From the NCBI GenBank assembly GCA_001800355.1, contig MGVF01000115.1, positions 1 to 32,000 of the forward strand: a stretch of 32,000 bases of DNA. The letters are read 5' to 3'. The notes beneath the pieces were generated by a model, which saw nothing but the letters and a program-made list of their open reading frames with translations, had not been told where the DNA came from and did no database searches. Below, one piece after another: positions 6,852 to 16,405 of the stretch. Each line of letters opens with the position of its first letter. Position 1 is the stretch's first letter. This stretch comes from Elusimicrobia bacterium RIFOXYA2_FULL_50_26. GTDB taxonomy: Bacteria > Elusimicrobiota > Endomicrobiia > Endomicrobiales > XYA2-FULL-47-53. A program made the translations under genes and the position numbers.

Positions 6852-8147
6852 GTGCAAATAGAAAAAACCAAGATTGACGTCGTGGATGAAAAAGAATGTG
6901 CGATTGTGTTCGCCGTAGAGGTGCCGGCCGAAGAAGTGCGGCTGGAAACCGAAAATGTGTTCAATGAAATTCAAAAAACTGCCCAGTTGCCGGGTTTTCG
7001 CGTCGGCAAAGCTCCCAGGGAGATGGTCAGGACGAATTATAAAGTTATGGCGCGGGAGAGAGTAATTGAGAATCTTATCAACCGTTCCGTCAGCATCGCG
7101 CTCAGCAGCAAGAGTATTACTCCGGTAACCTATCCGCGGGTCGACAACGTTTCATTTGATTTTGAGAAGCCTTTCAGCTATCGTTTGCACGCTGAAAAAC
7201 ATCCCGAATTCAAAGTGAAGGATTATAAAGGCATACCGGTGAAAAAAGAGATAATGCCGGTTACTGACGAAAAGGTGAAGGAAAAACTTAACGGTTTGAG
7301 AGAGCGCAATGCAAGGCTTGTCGAATCCGGCGCTGAAACCGTGGGCGCTTCCCATTTCGTCCTGGTTGATTATGAGGCTTTTTCCGAAGGGCAATCTGTT
7401 GAAGAGCTGAAAACATCCGGCCAGATGATTGACATGTCCGCCGCCCAGGGGTTTGCCGGGTTTAACGAAGGTTTGATGGGAGCCAAAAAAAATGAAGAGC
7501 GCGAGATAAAAGTGCGGCTGCCCAGGGAATACCCTGACAGTAAACTGGCCGAAAAAGAGGTTGTTTTCAAGGTAAAAGTAAAAGAGATAAAGGAAAAATC
7601 GTTGCCCGCATTGGACGATGAATTCGCCAGGGACATTGGCATTGGCAGTATTGCCGAACTCGAATCGAGTTTCAAAAGTTCAATGGAAGATGAAGAAAAA
7701 CGGCGGCAGTCTGCGGAAGTCGAGAAACAGATAATCGAAGAATTGCTCAAACGAAATGAGTTCGCCGTGCCGGAGTCTCTCATCGAAGAACAGTATAATC
7801 ACCTTATGGCGCGCATGGCTGAATATTTCCGCCGGCAGCACGTCCACGAATCAGTCTGGCAGAAGAACAGCGAACAGATGAAAGAAAAATATCGCAAACA
7901 GGCCGAGAGCGATGTGCGAATTTCATACATTCTAAACGCGGTGGCCTCGGAACAGAAAATTGATGCTACCGACGAAGATATGAAAGCGGAACGGGAAAAT
8001 ATGTATAAAACAAACCCGTCAAGGGAGGGGGAAATTGATAAGTATTTCGGGGAAAACAAGGAGCGTATACAATCTCAGTTAAGAGAGAAAAAAATATTCG
8101 ACTTCCTTATTTCGGAAGCAAAAATCAAGGAAGAAATCAAAAAATAG
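6852..8147 (+). CDS. tig: trigger factor
   Basis: 431 aa with a GTG start. The N-terminal ribosome-binding signature region is [12 protein letters not shown]. Length and the tig-clpP-clpX-lon synteny fit. Confidence 0.9.
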   Translation: MQIEKTKIDVVDEKECAIVFAVEVPAEEVRLETENVFNEIQKTAQLPGFRVGKAPREMVRTNYKVMARERVIENLINRSVSIALSSKSITPVTYPRVDNVSFDFEKPFSYRLHAEKHPEFKVKDYKGIPVKKEIMPVTDEKVKEKLNGLRERNARLVESGAETVGASHFVLVDYEAFSEGQSVEELKTSGQMIDMSAAQGFAGFNEGLMGAKKNEEREIKVRLPREYPDSKLAEKEVVFKVKVKEIKEKSLPALDDEFARDIGIGSIAELESSFKSSMEDEEKRRQSAEVEKQIIEELLKRNEFAVPESLIEEQYNHLMARMAEYFRRQHVHESVWQKNSEQMKEKYRKQAESDVRISYILNAVASEQKIDATDEDMKAERENMYKTNPSREGEIDKYFGENKERIQSQLREKKIFDFLISEAKIKEEIKK

Positions 8148-8178
8148 TTTGCTGGTTGGCTTTAAAGGAGAACAAAAC

Positions 8179-8790
8179 ATGTCAGGACTTGTACCTACAA
8201 TAATAGAACGCTGGAACCAGGGGGCAGCGGTTGGTTATGATATATATTCGCGCCTTCTTAAAGACCGTATAATCTTTGTGGGCGGTTACGGCGGCGCTGT
8301 AACCACTGATTCGGCAAATCTCATTATCGCGCAGCTTCTGTATCTTGAAGCCGAAGACCCGGATAAAGACATAAACCTTTATATAAACTCTCCCGGTGGC
8401 ATGGTAACCGCGGGGCTTGCCGTTTATGATACCATGCAATACATAAAATGCCCGATAACCACTATCTGCATGGGAATGGCAATGTCGTTCGGCGCGCTTC
8501 TTCTTGCAGCCGGCACAAACGGGCGGCGCTATGCCTTGCCGCATTCCCGGGTTATGATTCACCAGCCTCTTATTTACGGCGAGGGAATATCCGGTCCCGT
8601 TACGGACATAGACATCGAAACCAAAGAGCTTCTCGGCACCAAGGCAAAGCTTACTGATATACTGTCTCACCACACCGGCCAGACAAAGGACAGGGTGCGC
8701 CAGGATACGGAGCGCAACTATTACATGTCCGCCGAAGAAGCCAAAAAATACGGCATAATTGACGAAATTATTGCCAGTAGAAAGAAGTAA
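8179..8790 (+). CDS. clpP: ATP-dependent Clp protease proteolytic subunit (atypical: Asn at catalytic Asp position)
   Basis: ATG at 8179, 7 nt after [40 protein letters not shown] (Ser) and MIHQP (His) are all present. The tail [13 protein letters not shown] aligns with DTDRDNFKSAEEA of B. subtilis ClpP. Confidence 0.9.
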   Translation: MSGLVPTIIERWNQGAAVGYDIYSRLLKDRIIFVGGYGGAVTTDSANLIIAQLLYLEAEDPDKDINLYINSPGGMVTAGLAVYDTMQYIKCPITTICMGMAMSFGALLLAAGTNGRRYALPHSRVMIHQPLIYGEGISGPVTDIDIETKELLGTKAKLTDILSHHTGQTKDRVRQDTERNYYMSAEEAKKYGIIDEIIASRKK

Positions 8791-8795
8791 TTACA

Positions 8796-10052
8796 ATGGC
8801 AGAAAATAAAAATACCGGTTCCGATTATATATGCGCGTTCTGTCACCGCGGCAAGGCGCACAGCTTGCGGCTTATCGGCGGACAGGGCGTCTATATTTGC
8901 GAGGAATGCGTAAGGAATTCAGCCGAACTGCTGGTAAAAATCGAGAGCGAGGAGTCCCGGCGGTCGTTAAAATCGCTTCCAAGCCCGAAGGAGATAAAGC
9001 GTTCTCTGGATGAATACGTTATCGGCCAGGAACGCGCCAAAAAAGCGCTTTCGGTTGCGGTTTATAATCATTACCGCAGGCTGGAGAGCGGTAAAGGCTC
9101 TAAAGGCGATGTGGAGCTTCAAAAATCCAACATACTCATGATCGGGCCTACCGGCACGGGCAAAACTTTGCTTGCGCAGACGCTTGCCCGCATGCTGCAC
9201 GTGCCTTTTGCGGTGGCGGACGCCACCACGCTGACCGAGGCGGGTTATGTCGGCGAGGACGTTGAAAATATTATTCTTAGGCTGCTGCACAACGCCTCGT
9301 TCGACGTTAAACGCGCCGAGAAAGGCATTATATACATTGATGAGATTGACAAGATATCGCGCCGTTCCGACAGCCCGTCCATCACCCGCGACGTTTCCGG
9401 CGAGGGTGTGCAACAGGCCCTGTTAAAGATACTGGAAGGCACTATCTCAAACGTGCCGCCGCAGGGCGGTCGCAAGCATCCGCAGCAGGAATACATTCGG
9501 GTTGATACAAGCAACATATTGTTCATATGTGGCGGCGCATTCGAAGGCATTGACAAGGTAATAGAGTCCAGGATTGTCGAGAAAAAAGTTGGTTTCGGCG
9601 CGGAACCCAAGGGTAAAAAAGAGAAAGCCGCAGGGGAAATCCTCGCAATGGTTCAGCCCGAGGATCTTATCCGTTACGGGCTTATACCGGAGTTTGTCGG
9701 ACGGTTGCCGGTGGTTACTACGCTTGAGCAGCTTACCAGGCGCGACCTTGTAAGTATTCTTACGCAGCCAAAAAACGCTCTTGTAAAGCAATACCAGAAA
9801 ATGTTTGCGCTGGAGGGCGTGCAGCTTGAGTTTACGCCGGAAGCGCTTGATGAAATAGCGGCTAAAGCGTTAAAACGCGGTTCCGGCGCGCGCGGATTGC
9901 GCGCAATACTTGAAGATCTTTTACTGGATACGATGTACGACCTGCCTGACCAGAAAGATCTGCACCGCTGTATCGTGGATTTGCAGGTAGTGCAAAAGGA
10001 AAAACCGCCGAGGCTTCAATTCCACGAAAAGCATAGAAGAGAATCGGCCTGA
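8796..10052 (+). CDS. clpX: ATP-dependent Clp protease ATP-binding subunit ClpX
   Basis: N-terminal zinc finger CAFCHR...YICEECV, Walker [16 protein letters not shown], Walker [10 protein letters not shown], sensor motif GARGLR. 418 aa. Confidence 0.95.
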   Translation: MAENKNTGSDYICAFCHRGKAHSLRLIGGQGVYICEECVRNSAELLVKIESEESRRSLKSLPSPKEIKRSLDEYVIGQERAKKALSVAVYNHYRRLESGKGSKGDVELQKSNILMIGPTGTGKTLLAQTLARMLHVPFAVADATTLTEAGYVGEDVENIILRLLHNASFDVKRAEKGIIYIDEIDKISRRSDSPSITRDVSGEGVQQALLKILEGTISNVPPQGGRKHPQQEYIRVDTSNILFICGGAFEGIDKVIESRIVEKKVGFGAEPKGKKEKAAGEILAMVQPEDLIRYGLIPEFVGRLPVVTTLEQLTRRDLVSILTQPKNALVKQYQKMFALEGVQLEFTPEALDEIAAKALKRGSGARGLRAILEDLLLDTMYDLPDQKDLHRCIVDLQVVQKEKPPRLQFHEKHRRESA

Positions 10053-10070
10053 CGGTTATTAGGAGTAAAA

Positions 10071-12458
10071 ATGTCAGAATTGGATAAAAATCAGAGTAAG
10101 GATAAGAGTGCGCCGGCAATGACTATACCGTCAAAGCTGCCGCTTCTGCCTGTCAGGGACATCGTTATTTTCCCTGCAATGGTTCTGCCTCTTGCAGTCG
10201 GAAGGGAAAAATCCATCAAGGCGCTTGAAGAGGCCATGACTTCTCAGCGGTTGGTCTTCCTTGCAACCCAGAAGAACGTCCAGACGGAAGATCCAAGCCC
10301 CGATGACATATACGCCATAGGCGCGGTATGCGAAGTTTTGCAGCTTCTAAAAATGCCGGACGGAACGTTGAAAGTTCTCGTCGAGGGCTTGCAGCGCGCC
10401 CGCTGGACGGATTTTCGCCTTAACGAGCGCGGATATACGGAAATTGATTTACAGCTTCTTTCTGAGACGTACGAGAAAACGCCCGATATCGAGGCGTTGA
10501 TGCGGCGTTCCGTGTCTTTGTTCGAGCAATATGTGAAGCTAAATCCCCGCCTGCCGATGGAAATTTACGTTGCGGTTTCCAATATAACCGATGCCGGCCG
10601 GCTTGCCGATACAATCGCTTCTCACCTGATGATCAAGATAACGGACAAGCAGGCGATACTGGAGATAGGCCATCCCGGAGAGCGGCTGGAAAAACTTGTC
10701 CAGCTGTTAAACGCGGAAATAGAGATATTAAACATCGAGCGCCGGATACAAAACCGCGTGCGCAGCCAGATAGAGAAGACACAGAAAGAGTATTACCTCA
10801 CCGAGCAGATGAAGGCCATCCAAAAGGAATTAAAACAGAAGGATGACACCGCAAAGGAACTGGATGAACTTCGCAATAAAATTAAAACGCTGAAGATGCC
10901 GAAAGAGGTTCAGGAAGTGGCGGAAAAGGAATTGGCGCGGCTTGAAAAGATGATGGCCTTCTCGCCGGAAGCTACCGTAATCCGCACATACCTTGACTGG
11001 CTTATAGCGCTTCCATGGTCGGCTACCACCAAAGACAACCTTGATTTGCAGCGTTCCCAGAAAGTGCTTGATGAAGATCACTACGGGCTTGAAAAGATCA
11101 AGGAACGGGTTATAGAGTACCTGGCCGTGCTAAAGCGCGTCAAGAAGATAAAAGGCCCGATATTATGTTTTGTCGGCCCTCCCGGCGTTGGAAAAACGTC
11201 AATTGCAAAATCCATCGCCCGCAGTCTGGGCAGGTCTTTCGTGCGTATTTCGCTGGGTGGCGTGCGTGATGAGTCGGAGATTCGCGGCCACAGGCGCACC
11301 TACATCGGCGCGCTCCCGGGCAGGATAATTCAGTCCATGCGGAAAGCCAAATCGAATAACCCTGTGTTCATACTTGACGAGATTGACAAGATGGGAAACG
11401 ACTGGCGCGGGGATCCTTCGGCGGCCTTACTTGAAGTGCTTGACCCGGAGCAGAATTATACTTTTTCCGATCATTACCTCGACGTGGAGTTCGATCTTTC
11501 AAAGGTTATGTTCATCACCACGGCAAATTCGCTATACAGCATACCGCCCTCGCTGCTTGATCGGCTTGAGATATTGCGCTTTTCAGGCTATACCACGGAC
11601 GAAAAAATCCGTATCGCGCAGAAATACCTTATACCCAAGCAGATGAAGGAACACGGGCTCACCGAAAATGAGCTTGAAGTTTCGGCCGACGGCATAAAAA
11701 CCATAGTCCGCGACTATACCCACGAGGCCGGCGTTCGTAACCTTGAGCGCGAGATGGCAAATCTTTGCCGCAAGGTAGCGAAGGAACTGGGCATGAATGA
11801 GGAAAAAAAGGCGCAAACGGTCAAGATAACCACTGAAAACGTGGAAAAATTCCTCGGCATACCGCGTTTCGTTCATGAAAAGGTTGCGCCCAACGAGGTT
11901 GGTGTCGCAACCGGGCTTGCATGGACCGAAGTAGGCGGAGAGACGCTTACCATAGAAGTTAACCGCATGAAAGGCAAGGGTGCGTTGCAGCTTACCGGCA
12001 AGCTTGGCGATGTTATGAAGGAATCAGCCCAGGCCGCGCTTTCCTATATACGTTCTTCGGCTAAACGTTTTAAGATTAACGAAAGTGTTTTCAGCACAAA
12101 TGATTTCCACGTGCATGTGCCGGAGGGCGCGGTGCCCAAGGATGGCCCGAGCGCAGGCATAGCGATAGGCACAGCCATGGCCTCCGTAATACTCGACCGC
12201 CCCGTAAAGAAGGATATCGCAATGACGGGCGAGATAACGTTGCGCGGCAGGGTGCTTGCGATCGGCGGTTTGAAGGAAAAGGTATTGGCCGCATTCAGGG
12301 AAGGAATAAATACGGTAATTTTTCCCGAGGGAAATAAGAAGGATCTTACCGACATACCCAATGACATTCTTAAAGAAATGAAAATGTTGCCCGTTAAGCA
12401 CATGGACGATGTGCTTAGGATAAGCTTACAATTAAACCCGGGGAAACGACAAAAATAG
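10071..12458 (+). CDS. lon: ATP-dependent protease Lon
   Basis: AGGAG ribosome-binding site. LON N-terminal domain (LPLLPVRDIVIFP), Walker A GPPGVGKTS, catalytic Ser in PKDGPSAGIA and Lys in IGGLKEKVLAA. 795 aa. Confidence 0.95.
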   Translation: MSELDKNQSKDKSAPAMTIPSKLPLLPVRDIVIFPAMVLPLAVGREKSIKALEEAMTSQRLVFLATQKNVQTEDPSPDDIYAIGAVCEVLQLLKMPDGTLKVLVEGLQRARWTDFRLNERGYTEIDLQLLSETYEKTPDIEALMRRSVSLFEQYVKLNPRLPMEIYVAVSNITDAGRLADTIASHLMIKITDKQAILEIGHPGERLEKLVQLLNAEIEILNIERRIQNRVRSQIEKTQKEYYLTEQMKAIQKELKQKDDTAKELDELRNKIKTLKMPKEVQEVAEKELARLEKMMAFSPEATVIRTYLDWLIALPWSATTKDNLDLQRSQKVLDEDHYGLEKIKERVIEYLAVLKRVKKIKGPILCFVGPPGVGKTSIAKSIARSLGRSFVRISLGGVRDESEIRGHRRTYIGALPGRIIQSMRKAKSNNPVFILDEIDKMGNDWRGDPSAALLEVLDPEQNYTFSDHYLDVEFDLSKVMFITTANSLYSIPPSLLDRLEILRFSGYTTDEKIRIAQKYLIPKQMKEHGLTENELEVSADGIKTIVRDYTHEAGVRNLEREMANLCRKVAKELGMNEEKKAQTVKITTENVEKFLGIPRFVHEKVAPNEVGVATGLAWTEVGGETLTIEVNRMKGKGALQLTGKLGDVMKESAQAALSYIRSSAKRFKINESVFSTNDFHVHVPEGAVPKDGPSAGIAIGTAMASVILDRPVKKDIAMTGEITLRGRVLAIGGLKEKVLAAFREGINTVIFPEGNKKDLTDIPNDILKEMKMLPVKHMDDVLRISLQLNPGKRQK

Positions 12459-12468
12459 CGACGATAAA

Positions 12469-12599
12469 GGTGTCTCTTTAGCGTTTTGAAGTGTCGTCGT
12501 CATTGCGAGCCCGAAGGGCGCGGCAATCTCGCTTTTCATCAGAACGTCTAGATTGCTTCGCTCTCGCTCGCAATGACCTCAAACTGCTAAAGACACACC
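12469..12599. repeat. nested-palindrome MITE/REP-like element, copy A
   Basis: Terminal inverted repeats GGTGTCTCTTTAGCG... / ...GCTAAAGACACACC. Inner inverted repeats GTCATTGCGAGC / GCTCGCAATGAC and GCAATCTCG / CTAGATTGC. About 90 percent identical, by eye, to the reverse complement of 15525-15637. Confidence 0.7.
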
Positions 12600-12616
12600 G
12601 ATAAAAAATCCGCTTG

Positions 12617-12645
12617 TTGACAAGACTGTATAAATTTTATACCAT
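12617..12645 (+). promoter_or_regulatory. possible sigma70-type promoter (TTGACA-17 nt-TACCAT)
   Basis: Perfect -35 TTGACA at 12617-12622. The -10 at 12640-12645 is only moderate. Confidence 0.35.
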
Positions 12646-12657
12646 AGCATACAACAT

Positions 12658-12673
12658 TGTGAAAAGTTTCACG
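12658..12673. promoter_or_regulatory. CRP/FNR-type palindrome TGTGA-N6-TCACG
   Basis: TGTGAAAAGTTTCACG matches 9 of 10 positions of the TGTGA-N6-TCACA consensus. It lies about 30-35 nt upstream of the aminotransferase start. Confidence 0.35.
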
Positions 12674-12707
12674 AACAATCAATAAATCCACATCAAGGAG
12701 AATGCCG

Positions 12708-13844
12708 ATGAAAAAACACTACCTGCTCACCCCCGGACCCACCCCAATCCCGCCAGAAGTAGCATTAAAAGAAGCGCTGCCCATTCTGCATCATCGCACG
12801 GGCGAATTCGCGGCTATTTTCTCTGACGTGGCTGAAAGCCTTAAATACGTTTTCCAGACTAAAAACGACGTTTTCATCGTTGCCTCATCAGGCACCGGCG
12901 CCATGGAATCGTCGGTTGTAAACCTTTTAAAACCCGGCGATGCCGCGCTTGTGGCAACATGCGGAAATTTCGGCGAGCGCTGGACGAAAATACTTGAAGC
13001 CTATGGCATAAAACCGCAGGTGATAAATGTTGAATGGGGAAAAACCATAAACCCGGCGGATATTGAAAAAGCATTGAAAGCCAACCCGGGTATTAAAGCC
13101 GTCTATACGACTTTCACCGAAACATCCACCGGTGTTGTAAATGACATAGCCGCTATCGGAAAAATTATAGCAGCATCTAATGCGGTATTCGTGCTGGACG
13201 CTATTTCAGGATTGGCCGGCCAGGAGCTGAGGTCTGACGACTGGCAGGTGGACGTTGTCGTGTCCGGTTCGCAGAAAGGCTTTATGCTTGCTCCGGGGCT
13301 TGCGTTTGTGTCCGTCAGCGCAAAGGCGTGGAAGCTTGTTGAAGAAGCTACGCTGCCGCGTTTCTACTGGGACTGGCGCAAAATGAAGAAATCGCTTGGC
13401 ACAAAGGAAACGCCCTTCACCCCGCCGGTAACGCTTATCGTGGCGCTCCAGGAAGCCGTTAAGATGATAAAGGCAAAAGGTATTGAGAATATCTGGCAGG
13501 AGTGCCGGCTTCACGCAAAAGCGGCGCGCGCGGGCATGAAGGCCATCGGCCTTGAGTTGTTCGGCGATAACCCGTGCGAAGTAGTTACCAGCGCAAAGGT
13601 GCCGCAAGGGGTTGACGGCGGCAAGATCGTGAAAATGCTAAGGGAAGAATACGGCGTGTCAATCGCCGGCGGCCAGGGCGCGCTGAAAGGCAAAATAATC
13701 CGTTTTGCGCACATGGGTTATATAGGCAAGGCGGACATTCTTGTAGGGTTCGCGTGCCTTGAAATGGTTTTGACGCGGCTCGGATACAAATTGGAAAAAG
13801 GCAAAGCCGTCGCCGCCGCCGAGGAAGCCCTGCTCAACGGATAA
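12708..13844 (+). CDS. class V (PLP) aminotransferase, serine-glyoxylate / phosphoserine aminotransferase type
   Basis: HYLLTPGPTPIP N-terminus. PLP lysine context SGSQKGFMLAPGLAF. Adjacent to serA. The ATG at 12708 (7 nt after AAGGAG) is preferred over 12702. Confidence 0.85.
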   Translation: MKKHYLLTPGPTPIPPEVALKEALPILHHRTGEFAAIFSDVAESLKYVFQTKNDVFIVASSGTGAMESSVVNLLKPGDAALVATCGNFGERWTKILEAYGIKPQVINVEWGKTINPADIEKALKANPGIKAVYTTFTETSTGVVNDIAAIGKIIAASNAVFVLDAISGLAGQELRSDDWQVDVVVSGSQKGFMLAPGLAFVSVSAKAWKLVEEATLPRFYWDWRKMKKSLGTKETPFTPPVTLIVALQEAVKMIKAKGIENIWQECRLHAKAARAGMKAIGLELFGDNPCEVVTSAKVPQGVDGGKIVKMLREEYGVSIAGGQGALKGKIIRFAHMGYIGKADILVGFACLEMVLTRLGYKLEKGKAVAAAEEALLNG

Positions 13845-13927
13845 TTATCAACCCTCTACTGAAAGGATGTACGGGCGGGTTTCAAACCCGCCCCTACGTA
13901 GAATTATCAACCCTCTAATGAAAGGAT
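13843..13927. repeat. 26-bp direct repeat (25/26 identical) flanking a GC-rich hairpin
   Basis: AATTATCAACCCTCTACTGAAAGGAT at 13843-13868 and AATTATCAACCCTCTAATGAAAGGAT at 13902-13927. The hairpin GGGCGGG-TTTCAAA-CCCGCCC at 13873-13893 lies between them. Confidence 0.65.
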
Positions 13928-13933
13928 ACTCCC

Positions 13934-15514
13934 ATGAATAAGATATTGATGACATATAACAGCACGGAGGGACTTGAGAAACTTCTCTCAAATCCTGATT
14001 TCAAGGTGGAAATACACGCCAAACCGACGCCGGAGCAGTTCAAGGAGCTTATAGCGGATTACGACGGCCTGCTTATCCGTTCCGAGGTAAAAGTAACCGC
14101 AGATATTATAGCCGCCGCGAAGAAATTGAAATTTATCGGGCGTGCCGGAACAGGCGTGGATAATGTTGACATACCGGCTGCGACGCAAAAAGGCATAGTT
14201 GTCGCAAACGTGCCGGGTGGCAACACGATTTCGGCCGCGGAACATACCATAGGGCTTATGCTCTCCATGGCGCGCAACATCCCTATGGCGTGCTCATCGC
14301 TTAAGACTAAAGAATGGAAACGCGAAAAATTCATGGGTACGGAACTCCAGGGCAAGACGCTAGGTCTTATCGGTTTCGGGCGTATAGGCAAAGAGGTCGC
14401 CCACAGGATGATAGCTTTCGGGATGAATGTGATAGCCTACGATCCGTTTACTTCCACTGAGTTTGCAAAGGCCTCCGGCGTAGAGCTTAAATCCCTTGAC
14501 GAAGTTTATGCGGCATCCGATTACATTTCCATCCATTCGCCGTTAAACGATTCCACCCGTAACCTTATTAATGCCGATACGCTGAAGAAAATGAAGAAGG
14601 GCGTCCGTATAGTCAACTGCGCCCGCGGCGGCATTATAGACGAGAAGGCGCTTGCCGATGCCATAAATTCCGGCCACGTTAAGGCCGCGGCCATTGACGT
14701 GTTCGCAAAAGAGCCGCCAGTCGACTGGACGGTTATAGAATCGGCAAACACGGTCGTAACTCCGCACCTTGCAGCCTCAACCGAGGAAGCTCAGGTTAAG
14801 ATCGCCCAGGAACTTAGCGAAGTTGTCGTGGAGTATTTCTCCAAAGGCATTATACGCAATGCCGTAAACGTGCCTACGCTTGACTGGGAAACTTACAAGC
14901 AGCTTGAGCCTTATATCGCGCTTGCGGAAAAAATCGGAACCTTGCAGGGGCAGCTTATATCCGGCGGGCTGACCGAAATCGCGCTTGAGTACGCGGGCAG
15001 CATAAGCTCTGTTAACACCAATCCGCTTACCGTAGCCTATTTAAAAGGGCTTTTAAGCACGATTCTGGACGTAAAAGTTAATTTCGTAAACGCGCCGGCG
15101 CTTGCAAAAGAGCGCGGGATCAAAATAAAAGAAACAAAAAATCAGCAGGCCGAGGATTTTACGGCGCTTATATCAGCCGGCATAAAGACCGAGAAGGAAC
15201 AACTGGTGATTTCCGGCACCCTGTTCGGCCATAAGAATGCCCGCATCGTCCGGCTTAACACGCTGACCGTTGACATTGTCCCGTCCGGTTCCATGTTGTA
15301 CCTTACCAATATTGACCGTCCCGGCATAATAGGCCAGGTAGCCACGCTCCTGGGCAAGAATAACGTTAACATAGCCGGTATGCAGGTCGGCCGTAACGAG
15401 CAGGGTGGCGAAGCGGTTACGATAATCAACATAGACACCGCCGCAACCCAGGACATAGTCCACCAGATAAGCAATTTTTCGGGTGTTACCAAAGTAAAAT
15501 ACGTGGCGCTCTAG
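13934..15514 (+). CDS. serA: D-3-phosphoglycerate dehydrogenase (long form with ASB and ACT domains)
   Basis: NAD-binding motif GLIGFGRIGKEVA. Catalytic region NCARGG...TPHLAAST. C-terminal ACT-like NIDRPGIIGQVATLLGKNNVNIAGMQVGR. 526 aa. Confidence 0.9.
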   Translation: MNKILMTYNSTEGLEKLLSNPDFKVEIHAKPTPEQFKELIADYDGLLIRSEVKVTADIIAAAKKLKFIGRAGTGVDNVDIPAATQKGIVVANVPGGNTISAAEHTIGLMLSMARNIPMACSSLKTKEWKREKFMGTELQGKTLGLIGFGRIGKEVAHRMIAFGMNVIAYDPFTSTEFAKASGVELKSLDEVYAASDYISIHSPLNDSTRNLINADTLKKMKKGVRIVNCARGGIIDEKALADAINSGHVKAAAIDVFAKEPPVDWTVIESANTVVTPHLAASTEEAQVKIAQELSEVVVEYFSKGIIRNAVNVPTLDWETYKQLEPYIALAEKIGTLQGQLISGGLTEIALEYAGSISSVNTNPLTVAYLKGLLSTILDVKVNFVNAPALAKERGIKIKETKNQQAEDFTALISAGIKTEKEQLVISGTLFGHKNARIVRLNTLTVDIVPSGSMLYLTNIDRPGIIGQVATLLGKNNVNIAGMQVGRNEQGGEAVTIINIDTAATQDIVHQISNFSGVTKVKYVAL

Positions 15515-15524
15515 TATTTTCGTA

Positions 15525-15637
15525 TTGAGGTCATTGCGAGCGTAGCGAAGCAATCTCGACGTTCTGATGAAAAGCGAGATTGCCGCGCCCTTAGGGCTCG
15601 CAATGACGGCGACAACTTCAAAACGCTGAAGAGACAC
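15525..15637. repeat. nested-palindrome MITE/REP-like element, copy B (inverted relative to copy A, one terminal repeat missing)
   Basis: TTGAGGTCATTGCGAGCGTAGCGAAGCAATCTCGACGTTCTGATGAAAAGCGAGATTGCCGCGCCCTTAGGGCTCGCAATGAC... matches the reverse complement of 12469-12599. It starts 11 nt after the serA stop. Confidence 0.7.
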
Positions 15638-15647
15638 ATATTTTCAT

Positions 15648-16403
15648 ATGTTAGCCATTGAAACGAGTAATCTTACCAAGGTTTACCGTAAAAAGCATCT
15701 TACCCGCACGGCGCTTACGCGCGGCGTTGAGGGGCTGAATTTATCGGTTGACAAAGGTGAAATATTCGGGCTTCTCGGCCTTAACGGTTCGGGGAAAACA
15801 ACGACTATCAAGCTTACCCTCGGGTTGCTAAGGCCGACATCCGGCTCCGTTACCGTTTTCGGCGAGCGGGCCGGCAGCACGCAGGCGCTTCGCAAGATAG
15901 GTTACCTGCCGGAAGTCCCGTATTTCTATCGTTACCTGACGGCAAAGGAGATACTCTCTCTTTATGCCAGGCTTTCGGGGCTTGATAACGTGGCGGAGCG
16001 CGTTGAGCATATAATTGACATGGTGGGATTGTCGCAAAAGCGCGATAAGCAGCTTGCCGAATTTTCAAAAGGCATGTTGCAGAGAATAGGCATAGCGCAA
16101 AGCCTTCTGCACGATCCGGAACTGCTTATTTACGACGAACCCGTCAGCGGGCTTGACCCTCTTGCAATGCAGGAGATGAGGACGCTTCTCTTAAAGCTTA
16201 AATCCCGGGGCAAGACGATATTCTTGTCTTCCCACCTTATCTCGGAAGTTGAGAAAATATGCGACCGTGTAGGCATACTCGTTAAGGGCAACATGGTGCG
16301 GACGCTGGAGCAAAGCCAGTGGACGTCGGCGGAAGGCTCACTGGAAAGCATATTCATTTCGGAAGTGGCTGACTCCGCCGAAACCGACCGCATGAAGCTT
16401 TAG
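15648..16403 (+). CDS. ABC transporter ATP-binding protein (ABC-2/DrrA-like subfamily)
   Basis: Walker A GLNGSGKTT, signature-like FSKGMLQR, Walker B LLIYDEP, H-loop SSH. Confidence 0.9.
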   Translation: MLAIETSNLTKVYRKKHLTRTALTRGVEGLNLSVDKGEIFGLLGLNGSGKTTTIKLTLGLLRPTSGSVTVFGERAGSTQALRKIGYLPEVPYFYRYLTAKEILSLYARLSGLDNVAERVEHIIDMVGLSQKRDKQLAEFSKGMLQRIGIAQSLLHDPELLIYDEPVSGLDPLAMQEMRTLLLKLKSRGKTIFLSSHLISEVEKICDRVGILVKGNMVRTLEQSQWTSAEGSLESIFISEVADSAETDRMKL

Positions 16404-16405
16404 CC

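Noticed and set aside
6623-6877. 84-aa plus-strand ORF from the track
   Set aside because: It is composed almost entirely of the tRNA-Lys and tRNA-Leu sequences and the spacer before tig. The cloverleaf structures explain the region.
15173-15637. 154-aa minus-strand ORF
   Set aside because: It is antisense to the well-supported serA 3-prime end. Its N-terminal part is a read-through of repeat copy B (the LLRYARND signature of spurious repeat translations).
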